NCBI GenBank assembly: GCA_965214605.1
Contig: OZ243961.1
Span: 4,032,001 to 4,096,000, forward strand
DNA from: an uncultured Candidatus Binatia bacterium
Lineage (GTDB): Bacteria; Desulfobacterota; Binatia; Bin18
Reading direction: 5' to 3'
Length of the DNA stretch: 64,000 nt
The translations under genes and the position numbers were made by a program. A model generated the notes under the pieces. That model saw nothing but the letters and a program-made list of their open reading frames with translations. It had not been told where the DNA came from and did not search any database. Shown here piece by piece: positions 1 to 9,412 of this stretch (position 1 is its first letter; each line of letters opens with the position of its first letter).

Positions 1-81
1 GCTCCCCGCACATGTCGAAGCCTCACTGGAGCGTTTTGCCAACTATGTGATACCCGCGTTTCGCAACCAGGAGGGGAAGGA

Positions 82-1770
82 ATGAAGTTTTATACCTTTG
101 ATGAGCTGACCTATCCCGACCTGCCGGCTGAAATTGGACCGGAGGTACGGTTTACCAACCGCTTCTGTGACCCGCAGGCGGTGGCCAAGACCTATCACGA
201 ACACCTTGATGAGTGGGCGATCTGCGAAGACCTGGGTTTCGACGGTGCGTTTGTCAACGAGCACCACTTCACCGCCCTCAATATTCAGCCGGCCTGTAAC
301 CTCATGGCGGCGGCCATCATCATGCGGACCAACGCTATGAAGGTCGGGGTAATCGGCAACGTCCTGCCCCTTCGCCATCCGATTCGTACTGCCGAAGAGT
401 TTGCTATGCTCGACTGTTTGTCGGGCGGCCGTTTTATCGGCGGTATCGTACGCGGGGTGCCCCAGGAGTACGTTTCCTACAACGTTGATCCGTTCACCGG
501 TCGCCAGCGGCTGATGGAGTCGTACGATATTATCCATAGATGCCTAAACGAAGAAGTCTTCGACTATGAGGGCAAGTTTTGGAATCTGACCGGAGTCTCA
601 ATCTGGCCCAAGCCGCTTCAGCGACCGCTGCCGTTTTGGATGCCAACCGGCTCCCTGGAGTCGGCCGAATTTGCAGCCGAGCGACGGATCTCAGGGGCCC
701 AGGTCTTTTTTCCGTCCGAAGCCTTTAAAGATGCCTTTGATCTCTACCGTAAGGTCGCCCGGGAGCGCTTCAATTGGCAGCCCGGCTTTGACAATTTTGT
801 TGGCGCACGTTTAATTCATGTGGCCGAGACCAACGAGCAGGCGCTCAAAGAAGTGCGTGAGGCGGTTTACTATTTTTTCCGCACCATCACCCGGCCGGTC
901 AATAATCCGGCTCCGGTGCCCGGCTTAACAACCGACCGTTCCTACCAGCATCGGCGCAAGATTGAGCAAGACTTTCCGGGGCCCCAGACCCCGTTTGAGA
1001 CTATGCGGGACAACGGCTTCATCGTGTGCGGCGATCCCGACTATGTTACTCGCTGGTTAGAGAGGGACATGCAAATCGCCGGATATGGGCATTTTATGGG
1101 CATGTTTCACGTTGGGAATCTGGCCCACGAATTGGTCATGAAGTCCAAACGGCTGTTTGCCGAGCAGGTCATGCCGGCGTTGCGCCAGGTGAACTGCGAC
1201 CCGCCGTCCCAGGTCAAAGCTCGGGCTGCGGCCTATGCCGTCAAAGAGGAACAGCCGTCCGGTCCGCTGCCCTTGTACAGCGATTTCAACTACAGCCTGG
1301 TCCGAGAAGCTCCAGAGACCCTCGGTGGTTTTGTTGAGCACCAAAACGGAACCGTGACCAGCGGCTGGGAGATGCAGGTCCCCGAGCGCGAGCCGGACGG
1401 CTTTCCGTACGAGATTATTTTTGTCGGCCCGACCGCTACCTCTCGGGGCAGCGCCATACGTTTACGCCTGGCGACCAGCGACGACGAGCCGGTGTTGGAT
1501 GATGCCCGGGTCGTGTTAGAGACGTATGACCGGAATGGCCAGGATCGCCGGACCGTTTTTGAGGGCAGCTATGGTCAGTTCCGCAGCATCCCGGATCAGC
1601 ACAAGCCGAACGCCGCAATGGCCGCTCAGCAACGGGTCGTGGCTGGTGATCGGTATATGATACGGCTCAGCGTGAGTCTACCGGCAGACGCTCCTCAGCC
1701 AGACCCGGAGGCTGCCGGGTCCTTTTTTGAGCTTGAATGCTTTAAGCACTGGCTGACGATCACCGCTTAG
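82..1770 (+). CDS. Luciferase-like (LLM class) flavin-dependent monooxygenase with a ~190-aa C-terminal extension (linker plus possible single-jelly-roll capsid-like domain)
   Basis: GFDG..NEHH, HPIRTAEEFAMLDCLSGGR, G.VRG, WPKPLQRP and LFAEQVMPALR LLM motifs over about aa 1-370; RBS GGAGGGG upstream; residues ~394-562 are not LLM-like. Confidence 0.9.
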   Translation: MKFYTFDELTYPDLPAEIGPEVRFTNRFCDPQAVAKTYHEHLDEWAICEDLGFDGAFVNEHHFTALNIQPACNLMAAAIIMRTNAMKVGVIGNVLPLRHPIRTAEEFAMLDCLSGGRFIGGIVRGVPQEYVSYNVDPFTGRQRLMESYDIIHRCLNEEVFDYEGKFWNLTGVSIWPKPLQRPLPFWMPTGSLESAEFAAERRISGAQVFFPSEAFKDAFDLYRKVARERFNWQPGFDNFVGARLIHVAETNEQALKEVREAVYYFFRTITRPVNNPAPVPGLTTDRSYQHRRKIEQDFPGPQTPFETMRDNGFIVCGDPDYVTRWLERDMQIAGYGHFMGMFHVGNLAHELVMKSKRLFAEQVMPALRQVNCDPPSQVKARAAAYAVKEEQPSGPLPLYSDFNYSLVREAPETLGGFVEHQNGTVTSGWEMQVPEREPDGFPYEIIFVGPTATSRGSAIRLRLATSDDEPVLDDARVVLETYDRNGQDRRTVFEGSYGQFRSIPDQHKPNAAMAAQQRVVAGDRYMIRLSVSLPADAPQPDPEAAGSFFELECFKHWLTITA

Positions 1771-1824
1771 GAGGAGGGCCAGCCGGGGGACTGCCCGTCA
1801 AGCGTGAAATCAAGGAGGGGGACC

Positions 1825-2667
1825 ATGGGAGCCGGATACGGAGCGCAGTTTTCTCGACACAGCACAGAAGTTGGTGGGCACACTGTCCAATACCTCAAAG
1901 GCGGGCAGGGTCCCCCGCTGCTCTACCTCCACGGCATAGGGGGCTGGGGTCGCTGGGAGACCTACCACATAGGAATGGGAGTGACGAACGAGGTGTACGC
2001 CCCCCACCTGCTAGGCTGGCAGGAGGGAAGGATTCCGCCAAGTGTGCACTCAGTCCGGGACTACGCCCAGGTTATGGTTGGCCTGCTCGACACCCTAGCA
2101 CTTGACCGTGTTGATCTAGTCGGTCATTCGATCGGCGGCTGGCTAGCTCTGTATATCGCGATTGCGCAGCCTGAACGTGTCTCGCGTCTAGTACTGGTCG
2201 ATCCGCTCGGTTTAGACTTTCCGGCTCATCCCGGAGCCGACCTGACCCAGATCGATGAGGAGAGTTTCCTACTTGCCGCGTTTGCCAAGACCGGCACGGT
2301 GTTAATCGCGGCTGACTTTGGCGGGCACCTTGAAGATGTGCGTCGCGGACCAGAATTTAAACGCCAGTGGAAGGGGAGAGAGTTGGTGGTCCAGCTCACC
2401 AACGGCCGAGGCGTGGATCCAGACCTCAGCTCCAGGCTGAAAACCATTCGTGCACCCACCCTCATTATCTGGGGTCAGAAGGATGGTCTGGTTCCCTGGC
2501 GGCACGGCGAGATGCTAGCCGCCGCTATTCCCAGGGCTAGGTTTGCGTGCATCGCCGAGGCCAGCCACAGCCCGATGCGCGACAAACGCGAAACCTTTCA
2601 GCAGCTGGTGCACGACTTTTTGATTGGTCAGGCCGAAGTAGGGCAGACAGGTTCAGATTTTTCTTAG
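1825..2667 (+). CDS. Alpha/beta fold hydrolase
   Basis: LLYLHG, nucleophile elbow GHSIGG, PTLIIWG.KD, C-terminal ASHSP; AAGGAGG RBS before ATG 1825. Confidence 0.9.
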   Translation: MGAGYGAQFSRHSTEVGGHTVQYLKGGQGPPLLYLHGIGGWGRWETYHIGMGVTNEVYAPHLLGWQEGRIPPSVHSVRDYAQVMVGLLDTLALDRVDLVGHSIGGWLALYIAIAQPERVSRLVLVDPLGLDFPAHPGADLTQIDEESFLLAAFAKTGTVLIAADFGGHLEDVRRGPEFKRQWKGRELVVQLTNGRGVDPDLSSRLKTIRAPTLIIWGQKDGLVPWRHGEMLAAAIPRARFACIAEASHSPMRDKRETFQQLVHDFLIGQAEVGQTGSDFS

Positions 2668-2879
2668 GGGCTGCGTGGGTCCGACCCATCAGGTCTGACC
2701 CTTCTCGGCCACTGTTCATGCCGCCCAAGATTTGTTTGATCGCCGCGTGAAACGCCGAGAGTCTGCCTTGCGCCCCGCTTGTCAAGAGCTGTCCGATGTC
2801 GGGGGGCGCTCCATCGTAGACCCGCCACCGCAGCAGCACGAAGCACGCGAGGCTCGTATCTGTTCAGGCCGAGTTTGCA

Positions 2880-3320
2880 GACGAGTGATCGCGGCCCATG
2901 GCCTTTGTCGCTGCAGGGACGTGTGTCATTTTCTGACCTGGCTGCCGTCTCGGGTACACACGAGCTTTCGCTCCAAGAGATAAGCCTGTCCAAGACCTTC
3001 GTGGCACCGGACAGCATGAGGGCCAGCGCGACACAAGTTCGCCATCTGTTTCAGATCATGGCGTTTCTCGGCACAACAGGCTGTTTATTGAGACTTACTA
3101 GACGGACATCATCCTCGGCCTTGGCGCGCTGTTGTGTTTTGCCTCGGTATGGGGTCAATTATCTGGAGAGCGGTCCAAATACGCCAGCGTCCCGATCTGT
3201 ACCATGAATATTGCCGCTGCCCAGCATTGTGGCCCCATTTCTGACCGAACTGATCGTCTAGCTGACCGACAATTGGAATATGGTTTCTCTCTGGCCGTGG
3301 CCGTGATGGTGGTCCGGAAT
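2880..3320 (+). pseudogene. Decayed MFS transporter remnant (ACS/SLC17-like C-terminal half)
   Basis: Fragments in shifting frames: FLTWLPS (2930), VRHLFQIMAFLG, GVNYLESGP, IVAPFLTELIV*LTDNWNMV (TAG 3259-3261); boundaries approximate. Confidence 0.65.
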
Positions 3321-3460
3321 CAACCGGCGAGACCCTCTTTGACTAGTCAGAGACGCCGTAGAGGGGTAGAGTAGTATAGAGCCTTGGACACTGAGAGCTG
3401 GGCCCTTGAGCGGTCGGAGCAGATTTTGGCCCAGGTGAGGGACAGAAAGGAGACCCGACT

Positions 3461-4258
3461 ATGGCAGACCAGGGACAGGACTGGGTCGAAGAAACGATAT
3501 CGGTGGCTGGCACCGAATTAGCGATTATTAGCGGCGGGAGCGGTCGGCCGTTGCTCGTCCTCCACGAAGAGTTGGGCCATCCCGGCTGGTTCAAATGGCA
3601 CGCCGCGCTGGCTCGTGACCATCGCCTGCTCATCGTCCAGCAGCCCGGCTTCGGCAAGTCGCCCCGGCTTGATTGGACCCGCAGCATACGCGATCTGGCA
3701 GCCTTTTACTCGCGTGTCCTGCGCGAGCGTGAGTTGGTGCCGATCGACGTGATCGGTTTTTCGCTTGGCGGCTGGATAGCGGCCGAAATGGCGGCCAACC
3801 ACGCCGGACAGTTTCGGCGTATGATCCTGGTCGGGCCAACCGGAATTCAACCGCCTCGCGGAGAGATCAAGGATCTATTCATTCGGACCACACGCAGGTA
3901 CCTTAACGAGAGTGTTCTCAACCCGAGCCGCACGCCTGAATTTGCGCTCCTGTACGGCGGCGAACAAACCCCCCAGCAGTTCGAGGTATGGGAGGATGCC
4001 CGGGCTGAGGTTGCCCGCCTCGCCTGGTCTCCCTATCTCTTTAACCCTAGCCTCCCATACTTGCTCCAAGGGGTGAGCGGTCTCCCGACCCTGCTGATCT
4101 GGGGCGGCCAGGATGAGGTGGTCCCGTTGAGCGCCGGCGAGGTATATAAAGAGTCGATTGAGGGGGCCGAGTTGGTCGTGCTTGAGCAGTGCGGCCACCG
4201 TCCCGAGATTGAACAGTCGAACGAATTCATCAAGGCTGTCCAACAGTTCCTTGGCTAA
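3461..4258 (+). CDS. Alpha/beta fold hydrolase
   Basis: PGFGKS, GFSLGG elbow, PTLLIWGGQD, CGHRPE; AAAGGAG RBS. Confidence 0.9.
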   Translation: MADQGQDWVEETISVAGTELAIISGGSGRPLLVLHEELGHPGWFKWHAALARDHRLLIVQQPGFGKSPRLDWTRSIRDLAAFYSRVLRERELVPIDVIGFSLGGWIAAEMAANHAGQFRRMILVGPTGIQPPRGEIKDLFIRTTRRYLNESVLNPSRTPEFALLYGGEQTPQQFEVWEDARAEVARLAWSPYLFNPSLPYLLQGVSGLPTLLIWGGQDEVVPLSAGEVYKESIEGAELVVLEQCGHRPEIEQSNEFIKAVQQFLG

Positions 4259-4294
4259 GCATGGCCGGCAACGGCCGACAAAGGAGGGTGCACT

Positions 4295-5590
4295 ATGCAT
4301 ATCATGTATTTTTCAGAGCGGCCCTACCATCCGGTGCCTGAGGAAGTCCTGCTCAGGAACGGCTACTGGGGGGTCCCTAACACGTATTACGATCCGGCCG
4401 TTGCCTCACGGTTGTACAACGAATACCTTGACGAAGATGTGTTCGCCGAGAAGATGGGCTTTGACGGTATTATGCTCAACGAGCACCACGGCTTAATCCT
4501 GTGCATGGGGTCGGTGGTCGATGTCGAAGCCTCGATTTTGGCCCGGATCACGGAGAAGGTTCGCATTGTTCTACTCGGCAACCCCTTGCCGGTGGTGGGC
4601 AACCCCTTGCGGCTGGCCGAAGAGTTGGCCGAAATCGACCTGATTTCCAAGGGCCGTCTGGTCGCCGGTTGGGTCCGTGGTGGGGGGACTGAGCAGTTCG
4701 CCAATAATACCAATCCGTCCTATAACCGGGAGTATTTTAACGAGGCCCACGATCTGATCGTCAAAGCCTGGACCACGCCGGGTCCGTTCCGCTGGGAGGG
4801 CAAACACTTTAACTATCGATTTGTGAATCCGTGGGCCCTGCCACTACAAAAGCCCCATCCGCCGATGTGGATTCCTGGCCTGGTCAGTCCTGAGACGGTC
4901 CAGTGGTGTGCCAAACACCGCTATCCCTATATTGCCCTGGCCACCTATCTCGAACCGACTGTAGAACTGTGGAATCTGTATGCCGAAGCAGCGGCCCAGG
5001 AGGGCTATCAGGCCGGCCCGGAAAACTTTGGCTATTTACAAAAGGTGTATGTCGCTGAGACCGAAGAGAAAGCCCAGGAGCTGGGCAAGCAGGATTTATA
5101 CGGCGGGGGGATGTACACCGCCATTCGACCTGAGTGGCTGTTCCCGTCCGGCTATAACTCCAAGGCGGCGACCAAACGTCTGGCCCGTCAGTTCACCGAT
5201 CCCAAGGGCCGCACGCAGCTCTTTACCGGCTATGAGGGCCAGAGTATCGAAGAGGCCAAGGCGTCCGTGTACGGTTTATACCCCCACGCCCAGGAGTCCT
5301 ACCAGCTGATTCGGGGCACGCCTAAGACCGTCATTCCCAAGCTCCGCAAGATCCTAGAGGTCCTGCGGCCGGGTGTCTTTGGCCTGTGGCAGAACGACGG
5401 TCCGATCGGCCATCCCGAGCGGATGAACAATATTCGGCTGCTCGGTGAAGAGGTGATCCCGGCAGTCCGAGAAATCGCCAAAGAGTTGGGGCTGGAAAGC
5501 CCGCTTGAGCGCCAGCCCGGCTCGCGGTCTCTGCCAGCAACGGGCCAGTGGGATCCGGTTGCCCAGAGTGAGGCTCTGGCGGCTCTGTAA
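4295..5590 (+). CDS. LLM class flavin-dependent oxidoreductase
   Basis: GFDGIMLNEHH, PLRLAEELAEIDLISKGR, GWVRG, PLQKPHPP; AAAGGAGG RBS. Confidence 0.92.
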   Translation: MHIMYFSERPYHPVPEEVLLRNGYWGVPNTYYDPAVASRLYNEYLDEDVFAEKMGFDGIMLNEHHGLILCMGSVVDVEASILARITEKVRIVLLGNPLPVVGNPLRLAEELAEIDLISKGRLVAGWVRGGGTEQFANNTNPSYNREYFNEAHDLIVKAWTTPGPFRWEGKHFNYRFVNPWALPLQKPHPPMWIPGLVSPETVQWCAKHRYPYIALATYLEPTVELWNLYAEAAAQEGYQAGPENFGYLQKVYVAETEEKAQELGKQDLYGGGMYTAIRPEWLFPSGYNSKAATKRLARQFTDPKGRTQLFTGYEGQSIEEAKASVYGLYPHAQESYQLIRGTPKTVIPKLRKILEVLRPGVFGLWQNDGPIGHPERMNNIRLLGEEVIPAVREIAKELGLESPLERQPGSRSLPATGQWDPVAQSEALAAL

Positions 5591-5596
5591 ACGATA

Positions 5597-5628
5597 GGCC
5601 CGGCGGGAGTGTCTCCCCCCGCCGGGCC
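5597..5628 (+). terminator. GC-rich hairpin after the LLM gene (terminator-like or mRNA-stabilising)
   Basis: Perfect 11-bp stem GGCCCGGCGGG/CCCGCCGGGCC just after the stop; no U-tract. Confidence 0.45.
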
Positions 5629-6831
5629 CGGAGCCAAGCGCTCTTGGTTAAGTGGTGTATCCTGTCTGAGGAGCAGTCCTGACGGCCGTCTCATTGACAA
5701 CGGTGCACGCGGACCGCAAGCGGTGGCGGGCGGCGCTGGAATCACGATTCGTCGGGCAGGCTGTCGGACTCATCCTACTGCTGGTCGGTGGCTCGTCTCT
5801 TTGCAACCGCCTTTGACGAGAACACGGCCGCTGGGCGCAGCTAGAAAGCGTTGGCTAGGCTTTCCGAAGGCGGAGTCGGCCCGGTTCAGTCTCTCTTTCG
5901 CCGTCCCATGTGATCCCGAGTATCCGTCCCTCCTCGTCAATCCTGACCCTTGCAGCCCGCCTACCCGAGGAAATGGGTATTCGGTATCCAACAATCCCGC
6001 TGGCCGTGTGTATGCCTCTATCACCGCGTGGTTTGGAGGCCGAGACCCCAGTCCAGTTCTTGTACCGCTCTCTCCCAATATCTGTATCCATTCGCTGCCT
6101 ATGGGTCGATGAACTTTGTCTTCCACGATGGGACCGGGCCCTTGTTTGTCGAGAAAGTAGGTTTTTTATTCTCCAGCACCGGCGCCGGGGTGCTGTCCAG
6201 AAATCTCAGCGGTGCCCTGAGCCCTTCCCCCATCTAGCGACAACGGTTTGATGACGCTCCGAGACGGGCCGCCTCGAAATTTTTGTGACGGCGGCTAGGG
6301 ACTGATATGCTGCGTGAAACTCTGCGGTTTGCGACCACCCGTCCACAGATGGCGGGTGCTCAAGCTTGGTTTTGTGAGGGGGGACTTAAGGATGGCCGCT
6401 TGATGGGGCGCTGAGTATCTTTCCGCTGCGCACGGCCATGTCACGGGCGGGCCGACCGACTGGGGCCAGATTGAGGTGCAACGCACGAAGCTGGGTAACC
6501 CGGAGTTGAGAGAGCGGGGCTATACTCCCTTCATCCATCCGCCCTGAGACATTGCGGGCGCTCCCCTCGCCTATCAGGATGCATCCAGCCGATAGAGTGG
6601 TCCGAGGCCCAGACTCCCTGACCGCTTGTCCGTCCGGGCCTCATGCGCCACAAGAGCGGTATCTGGATCGACGGCTCTATCTTGAGGGCGAGTGGCCTGA
6701 AGAGTTTTTCTTCAGCTGGGGCTTGGGACATGCCCCGAGCAGCGTCAACTCGGGCTGCCGCCAGAGCTGATGGGCGGTTGGGAGTCCAAAACGCGGCCGG
6801 GCGGCTCATTTTCAATGATCGGGACGGGACC

Positions 6832-8244
6832 CTAGAAGATCGAGGTCCACAGGCTGTACAGCGCAAAGCTGCCGTATACACCCGAGGCCACCAGCATCAT
6901 GCCGATGCAAACAGGCCCCGGCCGGGCTGAGACGGGCAGGTAGCGGAGGTTTAGGTAGAGCATCAGCGGCACGTACATGGCCATTGAAAAGCCGCCCAGC
7001 AGCGCGGCGTTAAAAATAAAGCCGAGTCCGGTCACCGCGTACTGTTCAAAGAACCATGTGCTGCCAGTTCCGGCCAGCATGAACAGGACGGCAAACGGCA
7101 CATAGAGTTTGGCTTGATCAACACGCTCACCAAACGAAAAGCTGGTACGCAGAATATACGCCCACACCCGTGCGCCGCCATCGACCGCCACCAGCTGAGT
7201 GCTGAACAGGGCTGCCATACCGATGATCAGATACAGATAGCGCCCAAAGCTCCCCAGAGTCTCGCCCAGGATAAGTGACTCGTCCCAAATAATCTGGCCC
7301 TCGGTCGGCACTAGGCCGAGCGGTCGCAGCACGCATAGAGCGCCGAACATAAACAGGAACATAGTGAAGCTATTGAGCAGCCAGAAGTACAGCGTCTGGT
7401 CAAACACAACCCAGCGAAACCAATCTTTAAACGCGCGGCGGTTTTTTTCGGTTTCCGGATAGGTATAGCCGGTTGGAATAGTCGTATCGGCCCCGCCTCG
7501 GAGCGGATTCTTCAGGGCTGCCATCCGAGCCCCCATGCCGATGCCCTTATCGCGTAGATAAAAGGCGTACCACAGGTTGCCGGCTCCGCCAGCTCCGGCA
7601 AACACAACCGCGCCGAAAAAGCGGGTGAAGGGAAACTCCTCGTCCAGCTCAACATGCCCAAAGTTCACCAGCCCGCGTGCCATCTCGCCGACGGCGTCTA
7701 GAGTACCGACCTGAAAGGCGACGAAGATCAGACCCAGCGTCATAAAAATGACCAACCCGATCGTGATCCGCTCAACCGCTTGATACATGACCTTCGGACC
7801 AAACAGCACAACCGCGACCGAAGCAAAGGTGAGCCCGGTCCACATCCAGTCCGGGCCGGGCCCATCCGGTCCGAACAGGAGGGCCTTGAGCGCCGCGCCC
7901 GAGATGCGGGCCCAGCCGGGCAGGAACAGGGTCACAAAGCCGATGAACAGCAGGGTGTAGATAAAACCCATCCACACACGGGCAAAGCCGCTATACGGAG
8001 CCTCGCCAGTGACAATTGCCCAGCGGCCGATTTCGATATTTACCCACAGTTGCAGGAAGACCCCCAGTGCCGCTGCCCAGACCATAGTGGCCCCGAACTT
8101 GGTGGTGATCCACGGCCACAGCACAATCTCGCCCGCCCCGATCGACAGCCCGACCAGCACCGCGCCCGGCCCGGTCATACGCCAGAATGACTGGCTGCGG
8201 AGTGGCAGGTCGGCCGTTCTGAGTGGCGCGATGTGAGAACTCAT
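6832..8244 (-). CDS. Nramp-family (APC superfamily) membrane transporter
   Basis: GPGAVLVGLSIGAGEIVLWP N-terminal motif, EIGRWAIVTGE, many hydrophobic helices. Confidence 0.8.
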   Translation of the reverse strand: MSSHIAPLRTADLPLRSQSFWRMTGPGAVLVGLSIGAGEIVLWPWITTKFGATMVWAAALGVFLQLWVNIEIGRWAIVTGEAPYSGFARVWMGFIYTLLFIGFVTLFLPGWARISGAALKALLFGPDGPGPDWMWTGLTFASVAVVLFGPKVMYQAVERITIGLVIFMTLGLIFVAFQVGTLDAVGEMARGLVNFGHVELDEEFPFTRFFGAVVFAGAGGAGNLWYAFYLRDKGIGMGARMAALKNPLRGGADTTIPTGYTYPETEKNRRAFKDWFRWVVFDQTLYFWLLNSFTMFLFMFGALCVLRPLGLVPTEGQIIWDESLILGETLGSFGRYLYLIIGMAALFSTQLVAVDGGARVWAYILRTSFSFGERVDQAKLYVPFAVLFMLAGTGSTWFFEQYAVTGLGFIFNAALLGGFSMAMYVPLMLYLNLRYLPVSARPGPVCIGMMLVASGVYGSFALYSLWTSIF

Positions 8245-8302
8245 GCCTTGCCTTTCTTTCCCTGTTCGTGATTTTACAGTGCGGAACTGTTATTTAGCAC
8301 GT

Positions 8303-9346
8303 ATGAAAACATCTATCATGGTCGGTGGAGCGGCTGGAATCAATATCCGCCGCACGCTTGAGTTTGTTCGTCAGGCTGAGCGTTTGGGCGTAGACTACGT
8401 CTGGTCAGCCGAGGCCTGGGGGCAGGATGCGGTCACCTCTCTGGCCTATCTGGCCGGACACACCAGCCGTATCAAGCTGGGTACTGGTATCATGCAGATC
8501 AGCGCCCGCACGCCGTCGATGACCGCAATGAGCGCCCTGGCGCTACACGACCTGTCCGAGGGGCGCTTTGTGCTGGGTTTGGGCACGAGCGGGCCCCAGG
8601 TTGTCGAGGGGCTGCAAGGCGTGGCCTTCCGCGCGCCCCTAACTCGGCTGAAGGAAACGGTTGAGATTGTGCGCATGGCCTTGCGGGGCCAGAAACTGCG
8701 CTATAACGGCCGTTTTCATAGGCTGCCGCGTCCGGGTGGCGAGGGCAAAGCTCTGCGCATCGATCATCCGCCTGTGAACATTCCCATTTTTTTGGCGACA
8801 CTGGCCCCGAAGGCGCTTGAATATACTGGGGCTGCCGCGGATGGTTGGCTGGGCACCTCGTTCTCGCCTGATCATGCCGAGGCGCATTTTGCCCATATCC
8901 GAAACGGAGCCCGGACTGGGGGCCGCAGCTTGGACGATATTGAGCTGCACGCAATGTGTCCAGTGGCGATTGGTGACAATGTTGAAGAGCTTATTGCCGC
9001 CCAGAAACCGGGGATAGCGTTTAGCCTAGGCGCCATGGGGTCGGCCACAACAAATTTCTATAATGCCGCGTTTCAGCGCTCCGGCTTTGAGGATGAGGCT
9101 AAAGCGGTGCAGCAGCTGTGGATTGCGGGCAAGCGCAAAGAAGCTGCGGCACGTGTTCCGGATGCCATGGTGACCCAGTTTGGAGCGATCGGTACGCTCC
9201 CTATGGTGCGACAGCGGTTCCAAAAATATCGGCAGATTGGGATTGACGGGCTCACTCTGCGTATTGAGGCCGACGGTCTCAGCGATCGGATCGCTAAGCT
9301 CGAACAGGTGATGGATGCGCTCCGCAGTCTTGGCAGCCTCTCGTAA
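8303..9346 (+). CDS. LLM class oxidoreductase, probably F420-dependent type
   Basis: VWSAEAWGQDA, LGTGIMQISARTP, GRFVLGLGTSGPQVVEG; start moved to ATG 8303. Confidence 0.88.
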   Translation: MKTSIMVGGAAGINIRRTLEFVRQAERLGVDYVWSAEAWGQDAVTSLAYLAGHTSRIKLGTGIMQISARTPSMTAMSALALHDLSEGRFVLGLGTSGPQVVEGLQGVAFRAPLTRLKETVEIVRMALRGQKLRYNGRFHRLPRPGGEGKALRIDHPPVNIPIFLATLAPKALEYTGAAADGWLGTSFSPDHAEAHFAHIRNGARTGGRSLDDIELHAMCPVAIGDNVEELIAAQKPGIAFSLGAMGSATTNFYNAAFQRSGFEDEAKAVQQLWIAGKRKEAAARVPDAMVTQFGAIGTLPMVRQRFQKYRQIGIDGLTLRIEADGLSDRIAKLEQVMDALRSLGSLS

Positions 9347-9412
9347 TTGAACCTTCCTAAACCCCTCGCTAGCCCGCCCCGTCTTGCTACAATGGTGGTG
9401 GAGGATAGACGT

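Noticed and set aside
82-1770. Prophage or provirus around the capsid-like domain
   Set aside because: No packaging ATPase, integrase or other viral genes nearby; the domain is fused in frame to a metabolic enzyme.
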